DNA of 64,000 nucleotides from a virus: IMG/VR virus record IMGVR_UViG_3300032607_000379, positions 5,383 to 69,382 of that record; one strand, 5' to 3'. Shown piece by piece: positions 55,448 to 64,000 of this stretch (position 1 is its first letter; each line of letters starts with the position of its first letter). The notes under the pieces were generated by a model. It saw only the letters and a program-made list of their open reading frames with translations, ran no database searches and was not told where the DNA came from. The position numbers and the translations under genes were made by a program.

Positions 55448-57733
55448 GTGAGTGCCCCAACTGTGTCTGTTACTTTAGTAGCAGTGGACCAAAGTGGTAA
55501 TCCTGTAGCTAACGCCCGTGTTACGGCAGTGCTAGATCGCACTGACATTGAGCACGGGTTTGTCGTGCCTGAAAAGGTCGAAGCCTTTGCTGATGCTACA
55601 GGGCAGTGTGTTTTGCAGCTGTGGCCTAACGTACTAGGACTGGCTGGGTCTTTCTACCGAGTGCAAGCCTGGAATCCAGACACTGGGAAAAAGTTCCTAG
55701 ATGCTATGGCTTTGGTTCGTAACGAGCCGTGTTTGCTCAGCGAAATATTGGTAGACGAGCCACCTATTGGCTACGATGCAGCCACTCAAATTCTGCTAGG
55801 CGCACAGGAGGCGCGTGATGAATCCAGAGATGCGCGTGATGCGTCTGAAGGCTTTGCTGACGAGTCAAAACGGCAAGCCATCCTTGCCACAGGGCAAGCT
55901 GAAGTAGCTAAAGACAATGCTGATTTAGCAGGTGACGAGGCGCAGGACGCAGCCGACAAAGCTGTTTTGGCAGCAGATGCACTTACAGCGTCTGAAGTAG
56001 CTCGTGATGCAGCTCAGTTGTCGGCGGGTATTTATCCTGACACGGCTACTGGCTTGTCTGCAACAGCGGTTGGCCAGTATTTCAGCATCCCGTCTATTTT
56101 GGATACTGAATATTTGGTGCTGTTTAGACATGATGCAGGAGCTGTTGCTACTGAAATCAAGCGCTATCCAAGCGTAGCCGGTCTTGAATATGAAGTGGCA
56201 AACGTCATCCACGTCAAGTCCAACGGCAACAACCTGCGCGACGGCTTAAGCTGGCACACTGCTGTAAAAACCATTGAGCGCGCTTTAGAAATGGCTTGGG
56301 CTAACCCATTGCCAACGCTGATTGAATGGGCACCAGAAGCTGTGGTGTACACCAAAGGTCATCTTGACATGCCCGATAACTGCGTGATCAAAGCCACGCA
56401 CAGAACAGTTTTTTTACGGCCCGAAGACGGGTTTGAGCCTTTGCCAAATGGCAATCCTTCAACTAAACCTTATAAGCAGCGCAATGTGTTTCGCATGGGA
56501 TCAGGTTGTTTTTTGGAAGGCGTAATGTTTGAGGGCTGGCAACTAGACAGCTTAGAAAATCCAACGTCTGGTTTTGCAGTTAGCTTTCGTCCTGACGCCA
56601 TTATTCGACGAGTGCCCTACGCCCACAAAATTGCTGTTCGCAGTATTCCAGAGTGGGGTGTGATTGCGCCACCTTTGGATTATAAAACTGCTAATCCAGA
56701 AGTGCCTGTAGGTGCTGGTGTAGTGCTGGCTGATGGCAAAGTGTGCAGCCAGTATTCTATTTTTCCAAACATCATGACTTGGGGCGCTACACCTGTAACG
56801 CCTAATGGCATTGGGTATTGCGCTAAAAACGGTGGCTTGATTAACGCTGTGAATGCGGTGTCTATTTGGAGCCATAAACATTTTATGGCGCTGTCAGGTG
56901 GGCAAGTGATTTTGTCTGCCTGCTCGACGCAGTTTGGCGACTACTCTATGTCAGCCAAAGGTTCCCGTAGCCTGGTAGTGCCTAAAGCAGTTACGGGTTT
57001 GACAAAGCAACCAGAAGCGTCTGCAGCTATTTTAGCTGCTGAAACTGCTGTGGCAAGCCTAAGTGAAACCCTGTGGGGCGCACTGGTTTACGGCAATTAC
57101 ACTTTTTATATAAAAGACGGTATTCGTGTTGACTGGACAGACGCTCATAAAAAACAAACTACCAGAGATACAGGCACGCTGTTGCAATGCTTGCGCTGGA
57201 CGTTGAGCAGTGGCAACCAGCAGCCTATGCTGGACTTTGCCAAAGGTTTGTTTGATGTGCTGGGTGAACCAGTGCTGACAGCTGACAAGTTTCCTGCGTT
57301 TGTTTATTCTTTTGAATGGCTGCGTGACGAAATTGCTGGCGTCCCTGGCGGCAAAAGTCCTTTGGCTGGCGTTTCTGCTGAAGCTGCTGGGCAGGTTATT
57401 AAGTTGATTAATGCGCTGATTTCTACGCTGACTAATCCTAGCAAGCGCAAAGAGCCAAGCCGTATCACGGCTATTGGTCATACATGGACAGCAGTAATGG
57501 CAGGCGTAGCGCTGACTAAAGTACCTCCTGCACGCAATGGAGCCACGATCCAAGACTCTATTCTTGAAGAAGAAGATGGTGTAGTAATTGCGTCAGGTCA
57601 AGATGACCAAGGTAATGCCTTGTTTGTGGGCGGCTTGAAAATTGACGCTGACACTGGAGAGCTGGGCGGTCCTCCGTTTGACCAAGCTGTTCGCCGCATT
57701 GCTACCCGCATTTCAATATCAAGGAGCTTTTGA
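55448..57733 (+). CDS. tail spike/fibre-like structural protein
   Basis: Ig-like N-terminus, coiled coil, YPDTATGLSATAVGQYF anchor motif, IHVKSNGNN..DG.SW..AVKTIERAL beta-helix start. Confidence 0.75.
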   Translation: MSAPTVSVTLVAVDQSGNPVANARVTAVLDRTDIEHGFVVPEKVEAFADATGQCVLQLWPNVLGLAGSFYRVQAWNPDTGKKFLDAMALVRNEPCLLSEILVDEPPIGYDAATQILLGAQEARDESRDARDASEGFADESKRQAILATGQAEVAKDNADLAGDEAQDAADKAVLAADALTASEVARDAAQLSAGIYPDTATGLSATAVGQYFSIPSILDTEYLVLFRHDAGAVATEIKRYPSVAGLEYEVANVIHVKSNGNNLRDGLSWHTAVKTIERALEMAWANPLPTLIEWAPEAVVYTKGHLDMPDNCVIKATHRTVFLRPEDGFEPLPNGNPSTKPYKQRNVFRMGSGCFLEGVMFEGWQLDSLENPTSGFAVSFRPDAIIRRVPYAHKIAVRSIPEWGVIAPPLDYKTANPEVPVGAGVVLADGKVCSQYSIFPNIMTWGATPVTPNGIGYCAKNGGLINAVNAVSIWSHKHFMALSGGQVILSACSTQFGDYSMSAKGSRSLVVPKAVTGLTKQPEASAAILAAETAVASLSETLWGALVYGNYTFYIKDGIRVDWTDAHKKQTTRDTGTLLQCLRWTLSSGNQQPMLDFAKGLFDVLGEPVLTADKFPAFVYSFEWLRDEIAGVPGGKSPLAGVSAEAAGQVIKLINALISTLTNPSKRKEPSRITAIGHTWTAVMAGVALTKVPPARNGATIQDSILEEEDGVVIASGQDDQGNALFVGGLKIDADTGELGGPPFDQAVRRIATRISISRSF

Positions 57734-58219
57734 ATGTCACGCATTAAATGCAAAACACCGTCTACCGGAAAAGTTATTAACTATGTACTTAGCGGTATTA
57801 GTACAGCGTGGACTACGTTAGCGTATGCCAATGATTTTTCGGTGCCTGATGCAAGTAATGTTTTTCCTCATCGAGACAATTTGGACGATAGCCGTGCTAT
57901 TCGGCCCGGTGAAATCTTTTTTCTCACCCCTTTGTTTGTGCGCAACACTTCAAATACAGACTGCTACATAGAAGTAATGTTTGCTTCTGATGAAGATGTA
58001 GATGTTATGTGTCCAGGTCGAATGTTGATCCCTGCGCAAGATACAGCTTTGGTTCCAATACAGGGACGTTCGTTGCTTAAACGCAGATGGACTAACACTG
58101 CATTGGCAGCAAGTCTCATAGGCGATAAGTTACTGGTAAAAGCTGAGTCGGCTGGCGTTCTTGATGTATGGGCAAGTGCTGAAGAAAAGCTATCTTCTGA
58201 ACACATTGGAGTTGAATAA
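57734..58219 (+). CDS. structural accessory protein
   Basis: 161-aa beta-rich ORF coupled to both neighbours. Confidence 0.65.
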   Translation: MSRIKCKTPSTGKVINYVLSGISTAWTTLAYANDFSVPDASNVFPHRDNLDDSRAIRPGEIFFLTPLFVRNTSNTDCYIEVMFASDEDVDVMCPGRMLIPAQDTALVPIQGRSLLKRRWTNTALAASLIGDKLLVKAESAGVLDVWASAEEKLSSEHIGVE

Positions 58220-61200
58220 TGGGCTTGATAAGCGATCAAAAACTTCTGTCAAACCGAGGTGCGTTGGTAGGCAAATCTACCCAGCTTGACATCAACGGCC
58301 TTAACCCTGCTTCCTACTCCGGTGCAGTAATGCAGGGTAAAGACGATGTGCTGCATTATTCTGATGGCACCCGGTGGATGGGGCTGGCTCCCATCTTTTC
58401 AACATTCTTTGACGGCGGCAATGCAGCGACTGAATATGCTGGTCCGTTGCCTGTGGACTTTGCTGGAAGCCAGTTGTGGTTTGGCGGCTCGACTACGCAG
58501 TTGGCTTTTCGGGGTGACATCGAAGCCAACTGGCTTGACAGCGATCCTGTGCTGGCTGACAGAGAATTGGCCATTGAAATTGACACCAATCGCTTCAAGC
58601 TGGGCAAAGAAGGATTGCGATACAGCGAGCTTGACTATGGCGGGTTGCAGGGAGATATTGGCCCTGTTGGCCCACCTCCTGCTGTTATTGGTACTTTGCC
58701 CTCTGTTAACTCTGTTTTGGTAGCCGCACAAATCCAGCTGACAGCTGAGTTTCCGCGAGCTATTCGCAGCGATGGCGTTATTGACTTGTCAACTCGCAAC
58801 CTGTGGGTGTTTGATGGCACTAAGTGGTTTAACGCTGGCCCTGCAGGAGCCAAAGGTGACGCTGGCACTGCTACAGCAGGTACGACTATTACAAGTGATG
58901 CTGGTAGCAACGCCTTGGTCACGCTTGGCGATACCAGTACGCCTAGTGCAGCAGTGTTTAACTTTTCAATTCCACGGGGCAAAGACGCTACTGTTGACGT
59001 AGGAACAACCATTACAGGTGATCCCGGTAGCGATGCTTTGGTGGAGAACGACAGTACCGACCCTGGCGCAGCAGTGTTTAAGTTCACGATTCCACAAGGC
59101 GACAAGGGCGATACGGGCACCGTAACAGTAGGTTTGACCGAACAAGTTGCGCATACTGAGGCCGCTTCAGTTACAAACTCTAGTACTGATCCCAGCGCAG
59201 GGGTGTTTAATTTTAAGATTCCACAAGGCAAACCCGGTGCGGGTAAAGATGCCACGGTTACTGTAGGCATAACCAGCAAAGGTTTACCGGGCAGTGATCC
59301 TGAAGTTTCAAATTCCAGTATTGATCCTAGCGCAGCGGTGTTTAATTTCACCATTCCAGAGGGAGCAAAAGGCGATGCTGCAACTATTGAAGCGGGAAAT
59401 GTCACTATAGGAGAACCCGGCACTCCTGCTTCAGTTGATAACTCTGGCAGCACCAGCGCTGCTGTGTTTAATTTCACAATTCCTAAAGGCGACAAGGGTG
59501 ATGACGCCACTGGTGCCGATGCTACTGTTGACGTAGGTGAGACTATCACGGGTGAACCTGGCAGTGATGCTTTGGTTGTAAACGTTAGTACAAACCCTAG
59601 CTCAGCAGTATTTAATTTCACGATCCCGCGAGGCGACAAAGGCGACGAAGGCGAGCCGGGTACGCCTGCTATAGCAGCAGTTGATGGAAAGTCCCCTACT
59701 CTTAAAGCAGGCACAACTACTCAAGTCCCATCCACAGAAGCTGCTTCTGTGAGTGAAGCAGCTAGTAGCACTGCGCTTGCAGTAGTGTTTGATTTCAAGA
59801 TTCCGCAGGGAACACCCGGCATACCCGGCACCGTTTCAATAGGAAATGTTCAAACAGTCCAATACCCCAACGTTGCTTCTGTTTCTAAGGGTTCCACCAG
59901 CACTCTCACTAATTTAGTGCTGAACTTTAGTATTCCTAGGGGTGAAAAAGGAGACTCGTCAGGCTCTCCTGTGGGTGGCACAACAGGCCAAGTGTTGACT
60001 AAATTATCAGGCACTGCTGGCCATCTTGACTGGGCTACTATTACAGGTTTTGTTCCGCGCATTGGCGGCATTATTGGTGCGGCTCAGTTGCCGGTAGGCG
60101 ATTCAATGCAGCGTCCGGGAGAGGTAAATGCTGATTACCTTGACCTTAACGGCAATCGCTACAGTGCAGCTAAAGGAATGCTTCGCTACCACTCAACAAA
60201 TAAAACCTTTGAAGGGTACGTTGAAACTGGCTGGGTTGATTTGTGCAAGTATGTAGGGCAGGTATATAGCCCGAACGGCGATAAAAACGGTGCAGCACAA
60301 ATTCCTGCTGGTACTACTGCTGAACGCCCTTCTATTCCAGTAGACGGCATGATGCGCTACAACACTGGCACTCGTGTGTTTGAAGTGTACTCAGATGGGG
60401 CTTGGCGCTTTTTAACATCAGGCGGAGCTTTGACAGTTCCTTCTGTTAACGGGGAAGCGTTTTATACCATTCCAAATACAACTACTACTCCTTATTATGA
60501 GTGGTTGTCTCCTTTTTCTGTGCCAACTCAAGTGCATATTGTTTGTATTGGCGCAGGCGGAGGGGGCCGTATTGTTTCTTCCATTGGCTCTATTCAGGGA
60601 GGCGGCGGCGGATTATCTTGGGTTAATGGTTTTGAAGCGCAACCTAATACAAAATACAAAATTATTGTAGGAGCACCTGGAGAGCCAAACACAGGGGTTA
60701 AAGGGGGGAATAGTAAATTTACAAGCCTAGACGGGACACTTACATACATAGAAGCAGAAGGTGGGGGAGGCGGTGGCTTTGGTGGCAGCTTTGGTGTTGG
60801 TGGCGGTTTTAACGCTTCAGGAGGATTCTCTGGAACTGGCGGAGGACGTGGCGGGTCTGGAGGTGTAGCGGTTAATGCTTCTTTTGGTGGTGGTGGTGGC
60901 GGTGCAGGAGGGTATTCTGGAAATGGAGGTTCTGGTGCAGGTAGTGGGGGTAGTTCTTCATCTAATTACGGACTGGCCGGTACTGGCGGGGCTGGAAGCG
61001 GTGGAAGCGGCGTTGGACTTACTGCTAATACTAATCCTGGCGGAGGTGGAGGGGGGGTAGGCGCGTATGGCGGAAACGATGCTCTTTCTGGCACTCAACA
61101 AAGTTCTAATCAATTACAAGGTAAAGCAGGCTCAAATGGAACAGGCGGTGTAGCTGGCAATGCTAATGGAGGTGAATTTGGAGGGGGGGGAGGTGGGTCA

Positions 61201-61305
61201 AGTAATTCCGGTACTGTTGGAGGTAGAGGTGGCCCTGGTGCAGTAAGAATTATTTGGGGACCTGATCGGGGCTTTCCTTTTACTAAAACAGGACTTTTAA
61301 CATGA
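58219..61305 (+). CDS. long tail fibre protein (Mtd-N-like motif, collagen-linked repeats, Gly-rich tip)
   Basis: RGD..ANW...DPVLA..ELAIE.DT.RFKLG; eight ...VFNFxIPxG repeats; IPAGTTAERP motif. Confidence 0.85.
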   Translation: MGLISDQKLLSNRGALVGKSTQLDINGLNPASYSGAVMQGKDDVLHYSDGTRWMGLAPIFSTFFDGGNAATEYAGPLPVDFAGSQLWFGGSTTQLAFRGDIEANWLDSDPVLADRELAIEIDTNRFKLGKEGLRYSELDYGGLQGDIGPVGPPPAVIGTLPSVNSVLVAAQIQLTAEFPRAIRSDGVIDLSTRNLWVFDGTKWFNAGPAGAKGDAGTATAGTTITSDAGSNALVTLGDTSTPSAAVFNFSIPRGKDATVDVGTTITGDPGSDALVENDSTDPGAAVFKFTIPQGDKGDTGTVTVGLTEQVAHTEAASVTNSSTDPSAGVFNFKIPQGKPGAGKDATVTVGITSKGLPGSDPEVSNSSIDPSAAVFNFTIPEGAKGDAATIEAGNVTIGEPGTPASVDNSGSTSAAVFNFTIPKGDKGDDATGADATVDVGETITGEPGSDALVVNVSTNPSSAVFNFTIPRGDKGDEGEPGTPAIAAVDGKSPTLKAGTTTQVPSTEAASVSEAASSTALAVVFDFKIPQGTPGIPGTVSIGNVQTVQYPNVASVSKGSTSTLTNLVLNFSIPRGEKGDSSGSPVGGTTGQVLTKLSGTAGHLDWATITGFVPRIGGIIGAAQLPVGDSMQRPGEVNADYLDLNGNRYSAAKGMLRYHSTNKTFEGYVETGWVDLCKYVGQVYSPNGDKNGAAQIPAGTTAERPSIPVDGMMRYNTGTRVFEVYSDGAWRFLTSGGALTVPSVNGEAFYTIPNTTTTPYYEWLSPFSVPTQVHIVCIGAGGGGRIVSSIGSIQGGGGGLSWVNGFEAQPNTKYKIIVGAPGEPNTGVKGGNSKFTSLDGTLTYIEAEGGGGGGFGGSFGVGGGFNASGGFSGTGGGRGGSGGVAVNASFGGGGGGAGGYSGNGGSGAGSGGSSSSNYGLAGTGGAGSGGSGVGLTANTNPGGGGGGVGAYGGNDALSGTQQSSNQLQGKAGSNGTGGVAGNANGGEFGGGGGGSSNSGTVGGRGGPGAVRIIWGPDRGFPFTKTGLLT
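58850..59943 (+). repeat. eight degenerate ~40-48-codon repeats inside the tail fibre gene
   Basis: Each unit ends (V/L)(F/L)(N/K/D)F(S/T/K)IP(R/Q/E/K)G, most followed by GxKGD. Confidence 0.85.
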
Positions 61306-61658
61306 CTGTGCTTTATAGCTTTAAGACAGCTTACCCTCACCCACTGCCTACTGAATTAGGCGGCTATTCTTTAGATGACTTTGTGCTGGCTGATCCTGCT
61401 CCTGAGTTAGCTCCCGGTGAAGTGCTGGAATGGAACGGCACTGCTTGGTATGTTCGTGGTCCAAGTGATGCTGAACAGGCATTCAAAATCTATCACATGC
61501 GGCAAGAACGCAACCGTATGCTTTCTGACTGCGACTGGACGCAAGTAGCCGACGCACCTGTTGATTCCGATGCTTGGGCAGCATATCGCCAAGCTCTGCG
61601 TGAAGTGCCAGATCAGGCTGGCTTCCCTTGGACAATTGAGTGGCCGCAAACGCCATGA
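61302..61658 (+). CDS. tail fibre assembly chaperone
   Basis: RQERNRMLSDCDWTQVADAP...WAAYRQALREVP.Q.GFP..IEWP. Confidence 0.85.
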   Translation: MTVLYSFKTAYPHPLPTELGGYSLDDFVLADPAPELAPGEVLEWNGTAWYVRGPSDAEQAFKIYHMRQERNRMLSDCDWTQVADAPVDSDAWAAYRQALREVPDQAGFPWTIEWPQTP

Positions 61659-62179
61659 CTGCACCTACTACCCAGATGAGTGCGTTGTGGACGGCTACAC
61701 GGGATTTGCACCATGCGTGTGAACAGCACGTTGTAGGCGGTGCAATGGCTGTAGGTACGCCACCAGTTGCGTGGTATGCCGATTGGCTGATGGCACTGCG
61801 TCAACTGCATGAAGTAGTAGACGTTACGTTGCCTGCTGAACTGAGCCGAGTGGATCGTCTGACCGCTGACTTGCTGGCTACTGGTGAGCCTGCTCACTTT
61901 TCGCCAGTAGCTGCAGCTTACTCTGAAACCCTGACTGATGAGCTATCACTTGCTGGTGCTGCGTATGTGCTGACTGGCGCTCACCTGATGGGTGGCGAAA
62001 TCATGCGTAAGCGTCTGGCTGGGTTTCCCACCAAGCACTTGGAATGGGAAGACCGCAAAGTGGGCATTGCTTGGCTTAAACCAGTGCGTGAGCGGTTGGA
62101 GATTGCTGAGTCTGCACGTAACTGCTTTGCAGCGCTACTGTCAATCATGGACGAAATTGCTGCGAGGCATCCTCAGTGA
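61655..62179 (+). CDS. heme oxygenase-like protein
   Basis: ATRDLHHACE proximal helix; AYVLTGAHLMGGEIMRK distal helix; ARNCF. Confidence 0.7.
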   Translation: MTAPTTQMSALWTATRDLHHACEQHVVGGAMAVGTPPVAWYADWLMALRQLHEVVDVTLPAELSRVDRLTADLLATGEPAHFSPVAAAYSETLTDELSLAGAAYVLTGAHLMGGEIMRKRLAGFPTKHLEWEDRKVGIAWLKPVRERLEIAESARNCFAALLSIMDEIAARHPQ

Positions 62180-62286
62180 TCGGGCGTTTGATTGCATCTT
62201 TTATGTGGATGCTGGAAATGATCGGTGAAGGGCATGTTTTGCCTGCAGATGAATCTGCCAATCAAGTGCGAGCTTGGCAAGCGTAA
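62176..62286 (+). CDS. possible 36-aa protein
   Basis: GTGA overlap with GAGG upstream. Confidence 0.3.
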   Translation: MIGRLIASFMWMLEMIGEGHVLPADESANQVRAWQA

Positions 62287-62315
62287 ACGTTTTACATAAC
62301 AAAGAGCACTAACAA

Positions 62316-62636
62316 ATGTCTGCTGATTCCATAACACTGCTGCTTGGTTCTTTTGGCAGCTTACTGCTGGTGTTAGGAGGTGGCGGCAAATGGTTGTTGG
62401 CGCATCTTGATGCCAAAGACACTGCTTCAGCCCGGCGTGAAGCTGAAGCCAGAGAAGAGCTAAACACTCGGCTGCAAGATGAAATTGCTTCACTACGATC
62501 AGAGCTGCTGGCTCTAAAGCAAGAGCGTGCTGCTGAGCTGACTTTGTATCGTCGGCGTATCTATCAGCTTGAATCGTTTATTCATCAACAGCCTGGGATT
62601 GACATCCCTTCAATGGAAGGTTGGCCTCCTGTATGA
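62316..62636 (+). CDS. putative holin/lysis membrane protein
   Basis: N-terminal TM plus coiled coil; ATGA-coupled to the endolysin. Confidence 0.55.
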   Translation: MSADSITLLLGSFGSLLLVLGGGGKWLLAHLDAKDTASARREAEAREELNTRLQDEIASLRSELLALKQERAAELTLYRRRIYQLESFIHQQPGIDIPSMEGWPPV

Positions 62637-63160
62637 CTCCAAAACAACTAGCTGCAGCTTCTGGTGCTCCGATGCTTCGTGCAGAGGAATGGCATCCGTA
62701 TCTTGAAGCTTCAATGCTTGAGTACGACATCAACACTCCAGCTAGGCAAGCCATGTTCTTAGCACAAGTAGGCCATGAAAGTGGTGGCTTTAAGTACGCT
62801 GTGGAAATCTGGGGACCAACTCCAGCGCAGTCTCGTTATGAAGGCAGAGCAGATCTAGGCAATAACAAACCGGGAGATGGCTCTCGTTTTCGTGGTCGTG
62901 GATTGATCCAGGTCACTGGACGGCACAACTACCAAGAACTGTCTGATGCTTTAGACATTGACTTCATCACTACACCAGAGCTACTGGCTAAGCCAGGCTA
63001 TGCAGCAATGAGTGCTGCATGGTGGTGGAAGCATCATGGCCTTAATGAAATAGCCGATTCAGGCGACTTCATTAAAGCAACGAAACGAATCAATGGCGGC
63101 ATTAACGGGCTTGCCGATAGACAAGCACGGTATGCAGTAGCTACAGAGGTGCTAGCTTGA
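62633..63160 (+). CDS. endolysin, glycoside hydrolase family 19
   Basis: FLAQVGHESGG, DG.RFRGRGLIQVTGRHNY, TKRINGG.NGL.DR. Confidence 0.93.
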   Translation: MTPKQLAAASGAPMLRAEEWHPYLEASMLEYDINTPARQAMFLAQVGHESGGFKYAVEIWGPTPAQSRYEGRADLGNNKPGDGSRFRGRGLIQVTGRHNYQELSDALDIDFITTPELLAKPGYAAMSAAWWWKHHGLNEIADSGDFIKATKRINGGINGLADRQARYAVATEVLA

Positions 63161-63168
63161 GTTGGTAC

Positions 63169-63276
63169 ATGCGTGCTTTGCTAGTTGTGCCTATGTTTGT
63201 AATGCAAACAATATTAGTTGGCGTGTTTCTAATAGCCTGTATTGCAACTCTTCTTGGCCTCCTTAAAGGCGACTAA
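63169..63276 (+). CDS. 35-aa single-TM peptide in lysis cassette
   Basis: MRALLVVPMFVMQTILVGVFLIACIATLLGLLKGD. Confidence 0.4.
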   Translation: MRALLVVPMFVMQTILVGVFLIACIATLLGLLKGD

Positions 63277-63314
63277 TGCAAACGCAACAGCATAACTAAC
63301 CAATAGGCTACACC

Positions 63315-63785
63315 ATGCTTTCTTTTAACTTAGTCAGATGTATTGCTGCAGCTTTGTTTGTAAGTGGGTTGTATGTATGGCACGTAGTAGACAAAAGAGA
63401 AGCAATTAATACTGCTATTGAACTTGTGCAAGGTAGCCATGCAGCATTGGCACTTACTGCTAGTGAAGCTAACCGCAAGCGAGAACAAGAACTCACGCTT
63501 TCTATTGAAAAGGTGCGCAATGACTATGCCAAGCAAAAGATCCTTAATGCTGCTCTGGTGCGCTCTGGCGCTGAGCGGCTGCGCGAGTACGAAGCTGCCA
63601 GTACCGTACTCAGTGGCTCCAGTAGAGATGCCAGCACCTCCAGCGGAGCTTATGGACCCTTTGCCGGAATCGCCAGTGAATGTACAAGAAGTCTTGTTGC
63701 GCTGGACGAACATGCTCAAGGCTTACGAGCAACGGCAAGCGCTTTGCAGAACTTCGCCGCAACTGTGCGTCTGAAGTCTCCTTGA
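63315..63785 (+). CDS. inner-membrane spanin (Rz-like)
   Basis: N-terminal TM and periplasmic helices; after the endolysin. Confidence 0.8.
   Translation: MLSFNLVRCIAAALFVSGLYVWHVVDKREAINTAIELVQGSHAALALTASEANRKREQELTLSIEKVRNDYAKQKILNAALVRSGAERLREYEAASTVLSGSSRDASTSSGAYGPFAGIASECTRSLVALDEHAQGLRATASALQNFAATVRLKSP
63520..63774 (+). CDS. outer-membrane lipoprotein spanin (Rz1-like), embedded in +1 frame
   Basis: Signal peptide MTMPSKRSLMLLWCALA, lipobox LSGC, Pro-rich mature part. Confidence 0.8.
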   Translation: MTMPSKRSLMLLWCALALSGCASTKLPVPYSVAPVEMPAPPAELMDPLPESPVNVQEVLLRWTNMLKAYEQRQALCRTSPQLCV

Positions 63786-63827
63786 TTTTTTTATTGTTTA
63801 ACTTTTATTTAACGTAAGGACAAAGAA

Positions 63828-64000
63828 ATGACTGATTTTATTAAAGCCGGTTCGCCTATGGCCCCCAACGCCGCAACCAACGCTGGCTTTATCGCCGCCA
63901 ACGCCGTCTACAAAGCCGCCATCGCAGTAGACGCCATCCAACTCACCGTTGCAGCATCGGGGATTACCCCGGTGTCGGTGGGAAACAGCGTTGTAGGAAG
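63828..64000 (+). CDS. hypothetical protein, runs off window edge
   Basis: TAAGGA RBS; MTDFIKAGSPMAPN... open to the edge. Confidence 0.6.
   Translation, partial: MTDFIKAGSPMAPNAATNAGFIAANAVYKAAIAVDAIQLTVAASGITPVSVGNSVVG

Noticed and set aside
58635-59714. 359-aa antisense ORF
   Set aside because: Shadow of the repetitive, codon-biased tail fibre gene; no RBS or recognisable motif.
52564-61305. Diversity-generating retroelement acting on the tail fibres (Mtd-like N-terminal motif)
   Set aside because: No reverse transcriptase and no template/variable repeat pair were seen in the window.

Overview
The window is most of the genome of a lytic N4-like podophage (Schitoviridae type), apparently circularly permuted, with the likely genome ends near 14.0-14.6 kb. 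Running leftward on the minus strand from ~14.4 kb are hairpin-promoter-driven early genes, a Drc/gp2-like cofactor, the two-subunit RNAPII, a MoxR-AAA/vWA pair, a helicase and a family A DNA polymerase. On the plus strand (14.6-41.4 kb) are the terminase, portal, capsid, ejection proteins and a 3623-aa virion RNA polymerase. A second minus-strand block (41.5-52.5 kb) holds thyX, nrdB/nrdA, primase, Sak4-like ATPase, SSB and a RuvC-like resolvase. A plus-strand block (52.6-64 kb) holds tail fibres, a heme-oxygenase-like gene and a holin/GH19/spanin lysis cassette. The most striking feature is the DNA polymerase. It is split by a free-standing HNH homing endonuclease with no intron sequence. 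The downstream polymerase gene is further interrupted inside motif B by a 5-nt insertion (ACT-TAGCT-TTC) that begins with a stop codon and directly follows a strong hairpin. This mirrors the T4 mobA/gene 60 cassette and suggests a miniature ribosomal bypass, although an assembly error has to be excluded. No tRNA, rRNA, CRISPR array or integrase was seen. All product calls come from motif recognition and synteny, not from database searches.
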